IMG/VR virus record: IMGVR_UViG_3300033072_001097
Coordinates: 28,537-92,536 of that record
Length of the DNA stretch: 64,000 nucleotides
Strand: one strand, 5' to 3'
DNA from: a virus
Taxonomy: Duplodnaviria > Caudoviricetes
The notes below the pieces were generated by a model. That model ran no database searches. It saw only the letters and a program-made list of their open reading frames with translations, and was not told the origin of the DNA. Positions 10,074 through 19,637 of the stretch are shown piece after piece (the stretch's first letter is position 1; each line of letters begins with the position of its first letter). The position numbers were made by a program, and so were the translations under genes.

Positions 10074-11460
10074 AGGTCCTACCGAATTTGTTCATTTACA
10101 TAACCATACCGTCTTCTCTGCTTTAGATGGTGTGGCGACGCCAGAACAATATGCTGAACAATGCTTCAGTCGTGGCTATCCGGCTATGAGTGCCACTGAA
10201 CATGGGCATATGGCATCTGTCCCGGATATGTATTTGGCGTTCAAGAAGCACGGAATAAAGTATATTCCAGGATGTGAAATCTATTTCAACGACTACGAAC
10301 CACAACGCCAGGAATTGGTTGCTTCTGGTTTCAAAATTCGTTCTAAAGAGTGGCGTGAACAAAATCCTGACTTGGCATATAGAATAGGTCGCAACAGGCA
10401 TCTGACCATATTATGTAAGAATGAAATTGGTTTTCATAATTTGGTTCGCCTAACTACGCAGGCTTATGACACTGGTCTGTTTGGGATGGGGCGTGCCCAA
10501 TATAATCGAATATGGTTTGATAAATTATGCGAGTTCCGCGAGGGCTTGATTGTTTTGTCGGGGTGCCTGAACGGACCGGTATCACACGAGCTGCGACATA
10601 AACAACTTACCGATCGTGAAGGTAAAGTTGTATTTGAGCGGAAAAAACGTGAGCGGGTAGATGCGGCTGTCGATTATATCAAGAAATTTCGTCAAGCCTT
10701 TGGTGAGGATTTTTATTTAGAAGTCCAAATGCCAGGCATCCCGGATGACCACAAAGTCTTTCACCATCTGATAACTATTTCCGATATGTATAAGATTCCG
10801 GTGGTGTTGACCAATGACTCACATTATCTAAATCGGGAAGACTTTATATTACAAAAATTGATGATGGCCACCGCTCAAGAAACTACTATCGATTCACCTG
10901 ATTTGTTTCATGTAAACAGTGACGAGCAATTCATGAAATCCCGTGCGGAGTTGTGGGCGACTTTTCGAAATGGGGAATATTGTAATGGGGTGAGTGACAG
11001 CGTCTTTGAGCAGCTATGTGACAATTCATTAGTAATCGCTGACCGCTGTGAAAAATTTAGTGTCGATACTAGTCCTAAGATTCCGGAAATCAAAAATGCC
11101 GATGATGAGTTGCGCATGATTGTTGCGCAAGAATTGCATCGTCGAGGATTATATAAATGTGATCAACGATTCCTGATTGATGGTAAAGAGGTATCATACG
11201 TCCAACAAGCTAAAATTGAATTGCAACGCTTTATCGATAAGGGATTTGCCAGTTATTTCTTGATTACTCGCGATTTGATTCAATATGGTAAGAAGAGAGG
11301 TTGGCCATTTAGCCCGCGTGGTAGTGCCGGTGGTTCACTAGTATGCTTTTTGTTGGGGATTCATGTTTTAGATCCGTTGTTATGGGGTTTGTCGTTCGAC
11401 CGTTTTCTGGCTTCTAGCAGAGGCGGATACATGCTCAATACTCGTATGCCGAATGAGTAA
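10042..11460 (+). CDS. dnaE: DNA polymerase III alpha subunit, N-terminal part (PHP domain plus start of palm)
   Basis: FVHLHNHT, ATEHG, GCEIY, LSGCL, YLEVQ, TNDSHY, RGSAGGSLVCFLLGI..DPL, FDRFL. Stops before the PDID motif. Confidence 0.92.
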   Translation: MPEEFKPEEYKGPTEFVHLHNHTVFSALDGVATPEQYAEQCFSRGYPAMSATEHGHMASVPDMYLAFKKHGIKYIPGCEIYFNDYEPQRQELVASGFKIRSKEWREQNPDLAYRIGRNRHLTILCKNEIGFHNLVRLTTQAYDTGLFGMGRAQYNRIWFDKLCEFREGLIVLSGCLNGPVSHELRHKQLTDREGKVVFERKKRERVDAAVDYIKKFRQAFGEDFYLEVQMPGIPDDHKVFHHLITISDMYKIPVVLTNDSHYLNREDFILQKLMMATAQETTIDSPDLFHVNSDEQFMKSRAELWATFRNGEYCNGVSDSVFEQLCDNSLVIADRCEKFSVDTSPKIPEIKNADDELRMIVAQELHRRGLYKCDQRFLIDGKEVSYVQQAKIELQRFIDKGFASYFLITRDLIQYGKKRGWPFSPRGSAGGSLVCFLLGIHVLDPLLWGLSFDRFLASSRGGYMLNTRMPNE

Positions 11461-11466
11461 GGAATT

Positions 11467-11949
11467 ATGGGATATTACACACTAGCCGAGACTTTAGCAG
11501 AATTGAAGCATTCTGTGTATACGCATGTCACACTCCAAGCTGGCCCGAGTCCACAATTATCAGCATTTTTAGTAAAGCTCTTGGATACTACCGATGATCT
11601 GTGTGGTATTATCGATGGGAAGCAGGATAGAGAAGTAGCATTGAAACGCATCAACGAAGAATGTGCTTTGTTAGCTTTTCATGTCATTGAAGCTTTGGCG
11701 GTATGGTTACAGCGAGTGGTTGATGATCGTAAGGCTAAAGCACGATCGCGTGGTGAGAATTTTCCAGAGAATGTTCAACATTGTAGTGATGGCCTGATGG
11801 TGTTGGTTGGTAGAACGCGAAGTTTTCCCGACAAACTAGCTGCTAAGAATGCTGTGCTTCGTGGGATTGCTGAGGTCTTACGAGCATTGCAAACCTATAC
11901 GAAGTCAACATATCCAGAAATACGCGATGTTAAGAATAATCTATTATGA
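11467..11949 (+). CDS. Hypothetical helical protein
   Basis: 160-aa ORF with AGGA RBS, coupled to the next gene. Confidence 0.65.
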   Translation: MGYYTLAETLAELKHSVYTHVTLQAGPSPQLSAFLVKLLDTTDDLCGIIDGKQDREVALKRINEECALLAFHVIEALAVWLQRVVDDRKAKARSRGENFPENVQHCSDGLMVLVGRTRSFPDKLAAKNAVLRGIAEVLRALQTYTKSTYPEIRDVKNNLL

Positions 11950-12392
11950 TTGATGTCTATTGTGCAGTGTCTGCTGAGAATGTGGAGGAAATCACACAGC
12001 TGACTAGCTGTGGTATTTTGTTAATATTTCAAGATTCTCCTCATATTCGTTGTAGACTGATGGGATATGGGCTGGGGGCATCGTCGCTAGAACTAGCAAA
12101 TATCCAGGCGATGAGGTTGGCATTAGCGTCAGTAAACCCGGCTTACCGTCGATCCACCGTGCATATACATGTGGCCGATGAGAGTGTGCTTCAATTATTG
12201 GCGTCTCCTGAACCATCCGAGGCTGTTAGTGCGTTATTGTGCTGGTGTGAGTATTATACTGATTTGGGTTTTATAATCGAGTCTCCAAATAATGAAAACA
12301 TGATGGTATGCCGTTCGTTGGCACGAGATATTTGTGCTACCCAACAAACATACGATTCTCGAACTTTGGATCACCTACCATATGAACGGTAA
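11946..12392 (+). CDS. Degenerate RNase H-like fold protein
   Basis: IDVYC..., SCGILLIF, ELANIQAMRLAL, VHIHVADES and NENMMVCRSLAR follow the RNase HI pattern, but catalytic acidic residues appear substituted. Confidence 0.45.
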   Translation: MIDVYCAVSAENVEEITQLTSCGILLIFQDSPHIRCRLMGYGLGASSLELANIQAMRLALASVNPAYRRSTVHIHVADESVLQLLASPEPSEAVSALLCWCEYYTDLGFIIESPNNENMMVCRSLARDICATQQTYDSRTLDHLPYER

Positions 12393-12789
12393 GATCGATT
12401 TTAAGGCTACAGCTTTCATTTTAGTTAAACCGCCTAGCCGAATTATTTCACAACATAAGCTGAAAAACGTAGCCGAATATCAAGATTTACTTGATAAGGC
12501 TATCGCTAGTAATTATTGCTTATATTCTGCACCGATTGTTAAACGCAACGGTACATATATTGCTATACAGCCATGGCAGTTGCATATGGATACTATTCCG
12601 CGATTGGATGTCAATGAAGAAGAACCAATTACCGTGTCAGCGGAGCCGGATCAACTGTGTTGTCCATTCTGTGATAAGCCGGTCGCCAGTACACCCGGAC
12701 GAACATTACATGTTAAAAGTAATCACGCTGATCGTTTTGAGGAATACCAACAGTGGCTGAAATCTCTTGGGAAGAAATCAAAAAAGTAG
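12382..12789 (+). CDS. Hypothetical protein with C2H2 zinc finger
   Basis: CPFCDKPVASTPGRTLHVKSNH. Confidence 0.65.
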   Translation: MNGKIDFKATAFILVKPPSRIISQHKLKNVAEYQDLLDKAIASNYCLYSAPIVKRNGTYIAIQPWQLHMDTIPRLDVNEEEPITVSAEPDQLCCPFCDKPVASTPGRTLHVKSNHADRFEEYQQWLKSLGKKSKK

Positions 12790-15488
12790 CAGCTACTGCT
12801 TTGCTGAAGCGGAAATGTCCGCCGCAATATACAGCTAGACTCAAATTCGAATTAAAAGAAATAGAGAAACAGGGTGCCATCACATATTGGCAAAACCTGT
12901 ATAGTGACGGCAAGAAGTTCAAATCGAACCCTAGCTTTCTACTCCTACCATGGCTGTTGGGGATGGTCCAAGAGGACCCGATTAAGACTCGCACTGTGCC
13001 TATGCTTAATTCTGTGCGGGCATCCACCGTTGCTGAATTCTTTAAAGAAAATGGATATATCCCTGTAGACTTAATTAAAGATCCTGATCAGCCCGACATC
13101 GATATTGATTGTCTACCAGAAGCCCGCGACCCGATTAAGGATTATGCTACCGAAAAATATGGGGCACATATTAAAGACGGATATGGGGCAGTTTGCAGTG
13201 TCGGGACTTGGCAGACGTATAAGTTTAGATCTGCTATTATCGACGTCAGTGCTGCTACTGGTTGGTTAGATAAACAAGAAGCATTGGCACTCACTACTAC
13301 TCTTCCAGACAATGTGGACGAATTAAAAGACGGTGGCAAAGCCGCTTGTAAAGGCCGTATCATTGGAGCTGATACCGGCGAAGACGTCGAATGTGGCTTC
13401 ATGCATGATGATATCAAATGCCCTAAATGCGGGTCTGTTGATACCGACGGTATCACCATAGGAAAGCTGCTGCAAGAACACGAAGCATTATCTGCATTCG
13501 CCCATAAGCATCCCAAGATTATCGAATATGCTGTGAAGCTGGTCGGGCGTGTTCGCAATATGGGTATGCATGCTGGTGCTCTCATTATTGCCGATCGCTC
13601 ATTGTATGGGAATATACCGCTTGCTAAGAGTAATAAGAAGGGTTATTGGATTAGCATGTGGACGGAAGGCCGAAATACCCAGCTATCCAAATTTGGATAT
13701 GTAAAATGGGATATTTTGGGTCTGAAAACGCTGAAGTATATCTTCGAATGTTGTAAATTGATTGAGCAGAATAGAGGTATTTCGTTCGGTAAGAACATGG
13801 ATGGGTGGGACGATATTGACCCATCACAAAACCGCGCTGGTCATTTTTTTGACCGCCATGGCAATAAACGATATATTGAACTGAACGACGAGTACGTCCT
13901 GAAATTAGCGAACGCACAAAAGACAGACGGTGTATTCCAATTCGATACCGATCTTGCTAAAAGCATTTTGAAAAATGGTGTTCGCAATTTTGAAGATTTG
14001 ATGCTCTTCAACGCTATGGGGCATCCAGGGCCGATGGCTTCTATACCAGAAGCGGTGGCCAATCGTGATGACCATCGCGGCGTCTGGAAGAATAAGTTAC
14101 ATCCTGATATCTATGAGGTGTTAAAGGACACCTATGGTGTCATCGTTTATCAAGAACAATTGCAAGCGATTTGGCAAATGGTGGCAGGATTTACGGCCCC
14201 TGAAGCTCAAGAAGCCCGGAAAGCGGTGGCGAAGAAGTGGACGCATAAGCTGAAACCGATTCGTGAGAAGTGGATGAAAGGTGCCGCCCGCGTCCTAGGC
14301 GAACGAGAAGCTGAACAGTGGTGGGCGAAAATGGAGACGTTTGGTCGGTACGCATTCAACCGTTCACACGCTGTCAGCTATTGCTTGGTAGCCCATCGTT
14401 GTTTGTGGTTGAAGGCTCATTTTGCCCCCGAATTTTGGGCGGCGGTAATGAGCGATTGCCATCCTGATAAATTGGTTCGTTATATGGGTGTGGCCCGTTC
14501 CGAGAATTGGGAGCCGACGGACATCACATATTGCGGGACGTTTCAACCGAGTGAACGTAGCAGAGGTGTAAAATTTGGTACAATCAATATAGAAAATCTC
14601 ACTGCGAGTTTTACCGTTACAGGCGATGTGGTTAATCAAGGATTAATTGGTGTCAAGGGGCTTGGTGAAACAGCGGCGAGTGTATGGACTGGGCAGCGCA
14701 AATTTACTGGTCTAGATGCTCTGGTCGATTTGATGGGTAAGGATAAGACTGCCTTTGAGAGGTTTATCAAGTTAGGTGCCTTCAAAGAATTTCCAGGATA
14801 TGAGAATTCCAAAGCTACGTGGGAATATTACCGCTATAAATATTGCACTGGGAAGGATATAACAGCTCTTAAGAAAGTAATTCGCCAACAGTTGTTAGAG
14901 GTAGATGGTTGGAATGAGGAAACCATCAAAGCTGAACGCGAACGGCAAGTTGAAGAATATCTCAAATCGTACCCCAATCGCCGCAAGATCCCTGCAAAAT
15001 TGCAAAATTGGGCTCCTGTCCCAGACGACTCTGTCGCCAAAGTGATGGCTTTATTTCCGACAGATTTCGAATTGCATGAAGTGTTACAATTTGAGAAAGA
15101 ATATCTTGGATATTACTTGCATTCGCCATTGGACTTATATAATACTAGAGGTAATTGTACTATTGAAAACGCGAAATTAGCGTCTAAAAAGCACGGTGAA
15201 GCTGGTCTGGAGGGTGTGGTGGTGGATTTCCAGACAGCGGAATCTAAAAATAAAAACATCTATGGTCGATTGATTTTGAGCGATGGTATTCAAACGACCT
15301 TAGTGCTGATATTTGGGAAGCAGTTGCAAATGCAAAATTTGGAGCTGTTCAGACAAGGCACTGGTATCCAATTGATTGTAGAATATGATGAGATGCGGAA
15401 TACCTTTAGTTTGGCACGTGGTGAAATTATAATTAAATTGTTGCCGAAAACCGATCAACACCAGCGTGCCGCTAAAGCAGATAAATAA
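12753..15488 (+). CDS. dnaE: DNA polymerase III alpha subunit, C-terminal part (catalytic palm, fingers, HhH, OB)
   Basis: PDIDID, GMHAGALII, VKWDILGLKTL, TDGVFQF, DTYGVIVYQEQ, YAFNRSHA, LKAHF, EKEYLGYY; C-terminal OB-like region. Confidence 0.93.
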   Translation: MAEISWEEIKKVAATALLKRKCPPQYTARLKFELKEIEKQGAITYWQNLYSDGKKFKSNPSFLLLPWLLGMVQEDPIKTRTVPMLNSVRASTVAEFFKENGYIPVDLIKDPDQPDIDIDCLPEARDPIKDYATEKYGAHIKDGYGAVCSVGTWQTYKFRSAIIDVSAATGWLDKQEALALTTTLPDNVDELKDGGKAACKGRIIGADTGEDVECGFMHDDIKCPKCGSVDTDGITIGKLLQEHEALSAFAHKHPKIIEYAVKLVGRVRNMGMHAGALIIADRSLYGNIPLAKSNKKGYWISMWTEGRNTQLSKFGYVKWDILGLKTLKYIFECCKLIEQNRGISFGKNMDGWDDIDPSQNRAGHFFDRHGNKRYIELNDEYVLKLANAQKTDGVFQFDTDLAKSILKNGVRNFEDLMLFNAMGHPGPMASIPEAVANRDDHRGVWKNKLHPDIYEVLKDTYGVIVYQEQLQAIWQMVAGFTAPEAQEARKAVAKKWTHKLKPIREKWMKGAARVLGEREAEQWWAKMETFGRYAFNRSHAVSYCLVAHRCLWLKAHFAPEFWAAVMSDCHPDKLVRYMGVARSENWEPTDITYCGTFQPSERSRGVKFGTINIENLTASFTVTGDVVNQGLIGVKGLGETAASVWTGQRKFTGLDALVDLMGKDKTAFERFIKLGAFKEFPGYENSKATWEYYRYKYCTGKDITALKKVIRQQLLEVDGWNEETIKAERERQVEEYLKSYPNRRKIPAKLQNWAPVPDDSVAKVMALFPTDFELHEVLQFEKEYLGYYLHSPLDLYNTRGNCTIENAKLASKKHGEAGLEGVVVDFQTAESKNKNIYGRLILSDGIQTTLVLIFGKQLQMQNLELFRQGTGIQLIVEYDEMRNTFSLARGEIIIKLLPKTDQHQRAAKADK

Positions 15489-16047
15489 GTTTATGCAAAC
15501 CAGCGACAAAAGCGGCATAATTTGTGACCTTTGTAGTATCTCCTTCAGAGATGATTTTATATATTATTCTTTTGATTTTCGTCATGCTGTTGTCACAGAT
15601 GGGCGAATACCTAGCTTAGATACTCTCAGGCATACTCATGTGACATGCTCGTTGGATATATGCACTGCATGTTTCACAAATATTAGCCAGACTGTCGTGG
15701 AGAATTATAAGAAGATTATGTCTGGTACTAGAAGAGCGAGGCCACCACATATTTGTGAATTAACCGGGTCAATGATGTCTGGTAATTATAATTATTATTA
15801 TTGTGTTATCACGAAAGCGAATGTGCAACTGACTGGGCAACCGAATATTTGCACTAAGTGTCAAAAGAAGGCATATGAAGCGAGTGTTGTTTGTGGCTGT
15901 GGTAATAAGACTTTCATACGGCCAGCGTTAGTGAAAACCGACAACCGCTTTTTAGAATTCAGTCTGTCAGAACAAGCGTTTGTAAATCTCCGACGGAAAG
16001 CTGAAGAAGTCCGTAAATCAGCTGGTAGTTGGACAACAGAATCATGA
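15466..16047 (+). CDS. Cys-rich (zinc-binding) hypothetical protein
   Basis: Several CxxC pairs (CDLC, CTAC, CTKC, CGCG). Confidence 0.65.
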   Translation: MPLKQINKFMQTSDKSGIICDLCSISFRDDFIYYSFDFRHAVVTDGRIPSLDTLRHTHVTCSLDICTACFTNISQTVVENYKKIMSGTRRARPPHICELTGSMMSGNYNYYYCVITKANVQLTGQPNICTKCQKKAYEASVVCGCGNKTFIRPALVKTDNRFLEFSLSEQAFVNLRRKAEEVRKSAGSWTTES

Positions 16048-16054
16048 GGTTCTA

Positions 16055-16636
16055 ATGTATAACCCATATGACCTTATACCGATGGAAATAAATGGTGTTC
16101 CGACATATGGACGCCCCACAGAATTTGATTCTGAAATAACAGATTTCGAAAAAATGGAAAATGCTTTTGGCCATCCTGTTAAACCTAAGAAACTATCCAC
16201 CACATGCCCAGGTTGTGGGCAGGGTTTGGAAGTGGAAGTTAAGCTGGCCGATCCACCGTTTTCTGTGATTACACATACTTGCCAATATTGCTCTCCGGAG
16301 GTCGAAGCACCTGCAGACCCGTTCAGCAATCCGCTCGAGACTGGGCGTATGGCTTTTCATGAGTTAGATCCTTTATTGCATAATCCTAATGCGCAGGTTG
16401 TTCCGCAATCGAAATCTGTAGCTGATAGGGTCGATATATCTAAGTTGGCATCTATTTCCGAGCTTCCAGAAGGCCCTCCCGAAAATTCACAACTAGTTGT
16501 GGATGAGAACTTGGTGCAAGCTCTCGAACTTAAGAAGAGCAAAGGGAAAAAGCGGAAGACCATCAAGAAGGTAGAACCAGCCGAAGGATTGGAAGAAGAA
16601 CAATTTTTTGATGACGACCTGGCGGAACCAGAATGA
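16055..16636 (+). CDS. Zinc-ribbon protein with acidic tail
   Basis: CPGC...CQYC; GAGG RBS; Asp/Glu-rich C-terminus. Confidence 0.65.
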   Translation: MYNPYDLIPMEINGVPTYGRPTEFDSEITDFEKMENAFGHPVKPKKLSTTCPGCGQGLEVEVKLADPPFSVITHTCQYCSPEVEAPADPFSNPLETGRMAFHELDPLLHNPNAQVVPQSKSVADRVDISKLASISELPEGPPENSQLVVDENLVQALELKKSKGKKRKTIKKVEPAEGLEEEQFFDDDLAEPE

Positions 16637-17580
16637 ATGTTATTTTCGGCTCCGGCGTAGTAGGATTATTAGCACGAAAAATTTTGGGGCCTTCTTGGAA
16701 GGTGGTCCCATTTTATCGCAGCCGTTTCTTTTCTTTCAACCCAGCTTTAGATGATAATTTTATTATTCGAGATGACCAGCTAGACCCATTTATTCATGAT
16801 TTATACGGACAATCATTACCAATATATGTCTACAAACGTGCTTGGTCAATCGGTGGACAAATCATCCCAGAATACAATTCTGGTTTGTGTAAAGACTGGC
16901 TTGCGAAGATATTTGGCGGAGAAATACCACCACAGAGTGAGGTATATCATGCAAACCGCATGAACTTGTTTGTATATGATATTCGTGTCAATGGATTATA
17001 TCAAAATCTAGTCAACGAATATTTGGACGACTTGAAAACTGAGGCCGCTAGAGGCGAAGTGACGGCTATAGGCGATCATTTCTTTGTGCGTGATGGTAAG
17101 CGTGAAGACTTCGACAATGCTGTTAGTACTATCCCATTAGATTCTCTTTGTAAACTAATGGGTGTCAATGTTTCTTTGCCATCCAAAACAGCCCATTACC
17201 TGCACATCGAGACAGATGTGTTGAATTTCGAGGGATATAATCAATTACTTGTTGTTGATGGTGTCTTTTCATTTTTCAAAGCGACAAACGTAGCAAGTAA
17301 TAGATACCTGGTCTATTGCCATGAAGAAATACCGAATCCTGGTATCTATTTCATGGGTTTCTTGCCTAGATTTGATATTATTGATGGAACCTCGATAGAA
17401 CATGCTATTCCTATGGGTTCTTGCCCCAAATTAGATAACGTGGAACGGATTGGTGTTTATTGCGTTGGTAGTTATGCTCAATGGGATTGGTGTATGGACG
17501 TAGGGAGTTGCATACTAAGACTACTAAAATACGCTCAACGTGAATTCAAGCCAGCTCCTATGAAGACCGTTTTGCCATGA
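16633..17580 (+). CDS. FAD-binding oxidoreductase-like protein
   Basis: N-terminal VIFGSGVVGL dinucleotide-binding motif, VSTIPL, C-terminal YCVGSYAQW, as in the UDP-galactopyranose mutase/amine oxidase-like fold. Confidence 0.6.
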   Translation: MNVIFGSGVVGLLARKILGPSWKVVPFYRSRFFSFNPALDDNFIIRDDQLDPFIHDLYGQSLPIYVYKRAWSIGGQIIPEYNSGLCKDWLAKIFGGEIPPQSEVYHANRMNLFVYDIRVNGLYQNLVNEYLDDLKTEAARGEVTAIGDHFFVRDGKREDFDNAVSTIPLDSLCKLMGVNVSLPSKTAHYLHIETDVLNFEGYNQLLVVDGVFSFFKATNVASNRYLVYCHEEIPNPGIYFMGFLPRFDIIDGTSIEHAIPMGSCPKLDNVERIGVYCVGSYAQWDWCMDVGSCILRLLKYAQREFKPAPMKTVLP

Positions 17581-18389
17581 CGCAGTCGAAATATCAAGTA
17601 TTTAAAGATCGTCTAAAGCATGTTGATATTCCCGACGTTGATTCCCATCCGTCGGCTCTAGAGTCATTCGATTGGTTCAATTTTGTGAGCACCGCTCCGT
17701 CGGAGGTATTTGTGCCAGATTTTATTAGTATTATTGACGTTGAAGGGAAAGAGACTGTCCGCGAACGACATCTGCGAATGTTGCGACAATTATCAAGCAC
17801 TTGTACGGCTTGTTCGATGTGTGAATTGGGTTTGAAGGGTGCAGAGAGAAATGGTTCTGTGCGTGACCCACATGTGCTCAGCAATAAGAATCCATCGCCG
17901 TTTTTCATAGTAGGTCAAAATCCGGGTTGGAACGAGTTGGAGAAGCGAGAGCCATTTGTAGGGGCGGCTGGGGCCAATTTTAATGAAGAGATCGCCAAGC
18001 ATGGCGTTGATAGGGATTGGTTTTATATTTCCAATACTGTCCGTTGTTATACCCAAGACAATCAAAAGCCGACACAGCGGCATATGGATAGATGCGAGCC
18101 GTTTTTGCGGATGGAAATTGGCTTAATGAAGCCAAAATTAATCATTACTTTGGGTGCGGTTGCATTCAATCAGCTATGCCCCGATGCTGATTACAGCACG
18201 TCTTTGAAGAAAATCACCAAAAGTGTGAAGTTCGACGTATCTGTCTTTGCTATATATCACCCATCACCGCTCAATTTTCGCGACAGTAATCGCAGGGATG
18301 CATTCAACGAACAGATCCGAGTGATGTGTGGTTTAATAAAAGCTATTAGGGCTAAGACTCTTCCGACTCTTCCTGATCAGACTTGTTGA
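17577..18389 (+). CDS. Uracil-DNA glycosylase family 4 (4Fe-4S)
   Basis: CTACSMC, IVGQNPG, PFVGAAG, YISNTVRC, LIITLG, YHPSP. Confidence 0.9.
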   Translation: MTQSKYQVFKDRLKHVDIPDVDSHPSALESFDWFNFVSTAPSEVFVPDFISIIDVEGKETVRERHLRMLRQLSSTCTACSMCELGLKGAERNGSVRDPHVLSNKNPSPFFIVGQNPGWNELEKREPFVGAAGANFNEEIAKHGVDRDWFYISNTVRCYTQDNQKPTQRHMDRCEPFLRMEIGLMKPKLIITLGAVAFNQLCPDADYSTSLKKITKSVKFDVSVFAIYHPSPLNFRDSNRRDAFNEQIRVMCGLIKAIRAKTLPTLPDQTC

Positions 18390-18786
18390 ATGGGATGAAT
18401 ACGTAGCACGGTTCACCACCAATCCTTTTGCGGACAATGGCGTATGGATTTCCTTTGTCTCGCAGTATTTTCTTCATGCGTAGAGTGAATGCAGATATAT
18501 TTGGTATGGCGGTGAGGACAATGACGCCGATGTTATCGATAGAAACGCCTTGTTCACCGGCTTCTTCCAGTGCCTTATAAGCCTCCATCATGACATTGTT
18601 GACTTTATCGTCGGCTGCTTTAACTTCTTGTTTCTTTTGGTCTTTTAATGCCGCTGCTTTTTTAGCAACGGCTATGGCGGTTTCTAATTCTTTCTGGGCT
18701 TCCCCTACTAGCCCCACCACGTCTTCGTTGATCAAATCACTAATATTAAATCCAAGATCGATTTCAATGATAGATACTTTTGTCAT
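18352..18786 (-). CDS. Hypothetical protein
   Basis: 144-aa ORF; coiled-coil followed by a winged-helix-like segment. Confidence 0.6.
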   Translation of the reverse strand: MTKVSIIEIDLGFNISDLINEDVVGLVGEAQKELETAIAVAKKAAALKDQKKQEVKAADDKVNNVMMEAYKALEEAGEQGVSIDNIGVIVLTAIPNISAFTLRMKKILRDKGNPYAIVRKRIGGEPCYVFIPFNKSDQEESEES

Positions 18787-18812
18787 TGGTATACTTTCTG
18801 GAGGGTAGTTGA

Positions 18813-19628
18813 ATGTCGCAATGTATCTACTGCGGTAGTTCTAAAAATTTAAACACATCGTTGACCATCACGCTGGATAATGGTAGTAAGCACACAGTTG
18901 ATATTTGTGATGAGCACGCAGAGGACGCAAGCGTCAAAACTGCTAAGGCTGCGTTCTTGGAAAAGCAAGATAAGATTAAACAATTATTAGAGCAGGCCAA
19001 GGCGTTGGGTCTAAATGTATCCGAGACAAGCGGTGGTCTATTGATTGCCGAAACGACGACTCCAGAGAGCACATCACGATGGGGCGGTATAGAAAGATCG
19101 CCAGATGCAGATCTAATCCCAGAAGCGGTCGAGCAGCAAGTCCCAAAACCGCAACCGGCCATAGAGATGGAAGACGGATTTGTATCGACAGAATTTGTAG
19201 ACAGACAACGGAATATCACCAGCGTTGGTGGTAATACTATATCTGGTAGTGTCCAATCGTATTCTAGTTATGACACGTCTGATGTTAGAGCCAAATTGCC
19301 TGAAAATGCCCTCAAAGGAAAAGTGAAGATGGGTATTGTGGAAGGCCGCGAAGGCCAACCATTGGCTTTGCCACAGCAGCGAGTAGATGGCACTGGTACA
19401 ACGCGGATCAATATTTCTAAAGCCGAAGACGATAGAAAGTTGCAAGAGCGTTTCAAAAAGATGGCCCAAAGCTCTATGCAAGACCAAGCTCCGGACTTTG
19501 CACGATCTGGGTACCAAAATAGCACCGCCACCTGTCCTATATGTCGTGGGGATGGGGCCGTAAAAATGGGCAAAAATATGCAATCATGCCCTAAGTGTAG
19601 TGGTAGCGGGATTATATCGATTCTTTAG
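18813..19628 (+). CDS. Zinc-binding protein with C-terminal DnaJ-type CxxCxGxG repeats
   Basis: N-terminal CIYC...CDEH; C-terminal CPICRGDG and CPKCSGSG; GGAGG RBS. Confidence 0.7.
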   Translation: MSQCIYCGSSKNLNTSLTITLDNGSKHTVDICDEHAEDASVKTAKAAFLEKQDKIKQLLEQAKALGLNVSETSGGLLIAETTTPESTSRWGGIERSPDADLIPEAVEQQVPKPQPAIEMEDGFVSTEFVDRQRNITSVGGNTISGSVQSYSSYDTSDVRAKLPENALKGKVKMGIVEGREGQPLALPQQRVDGTGTTRINISKAEDDRKLQERFKKMAQSSMQDQAPDFARSGYQNSTATCPICRGDGAVKMGKNMQSCPKCSGSGIISIL

Positions 19629-19637
19629 GAGTCAGCA

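Noticed and set aside
11400-12800. Split intein or intron joining the dnaE halves
   Set aside because: No Cys/Ser-initiated N-intein after the break and no HN-C/S/T before PDID; the gap is filled by ordinary coupled ORFs.
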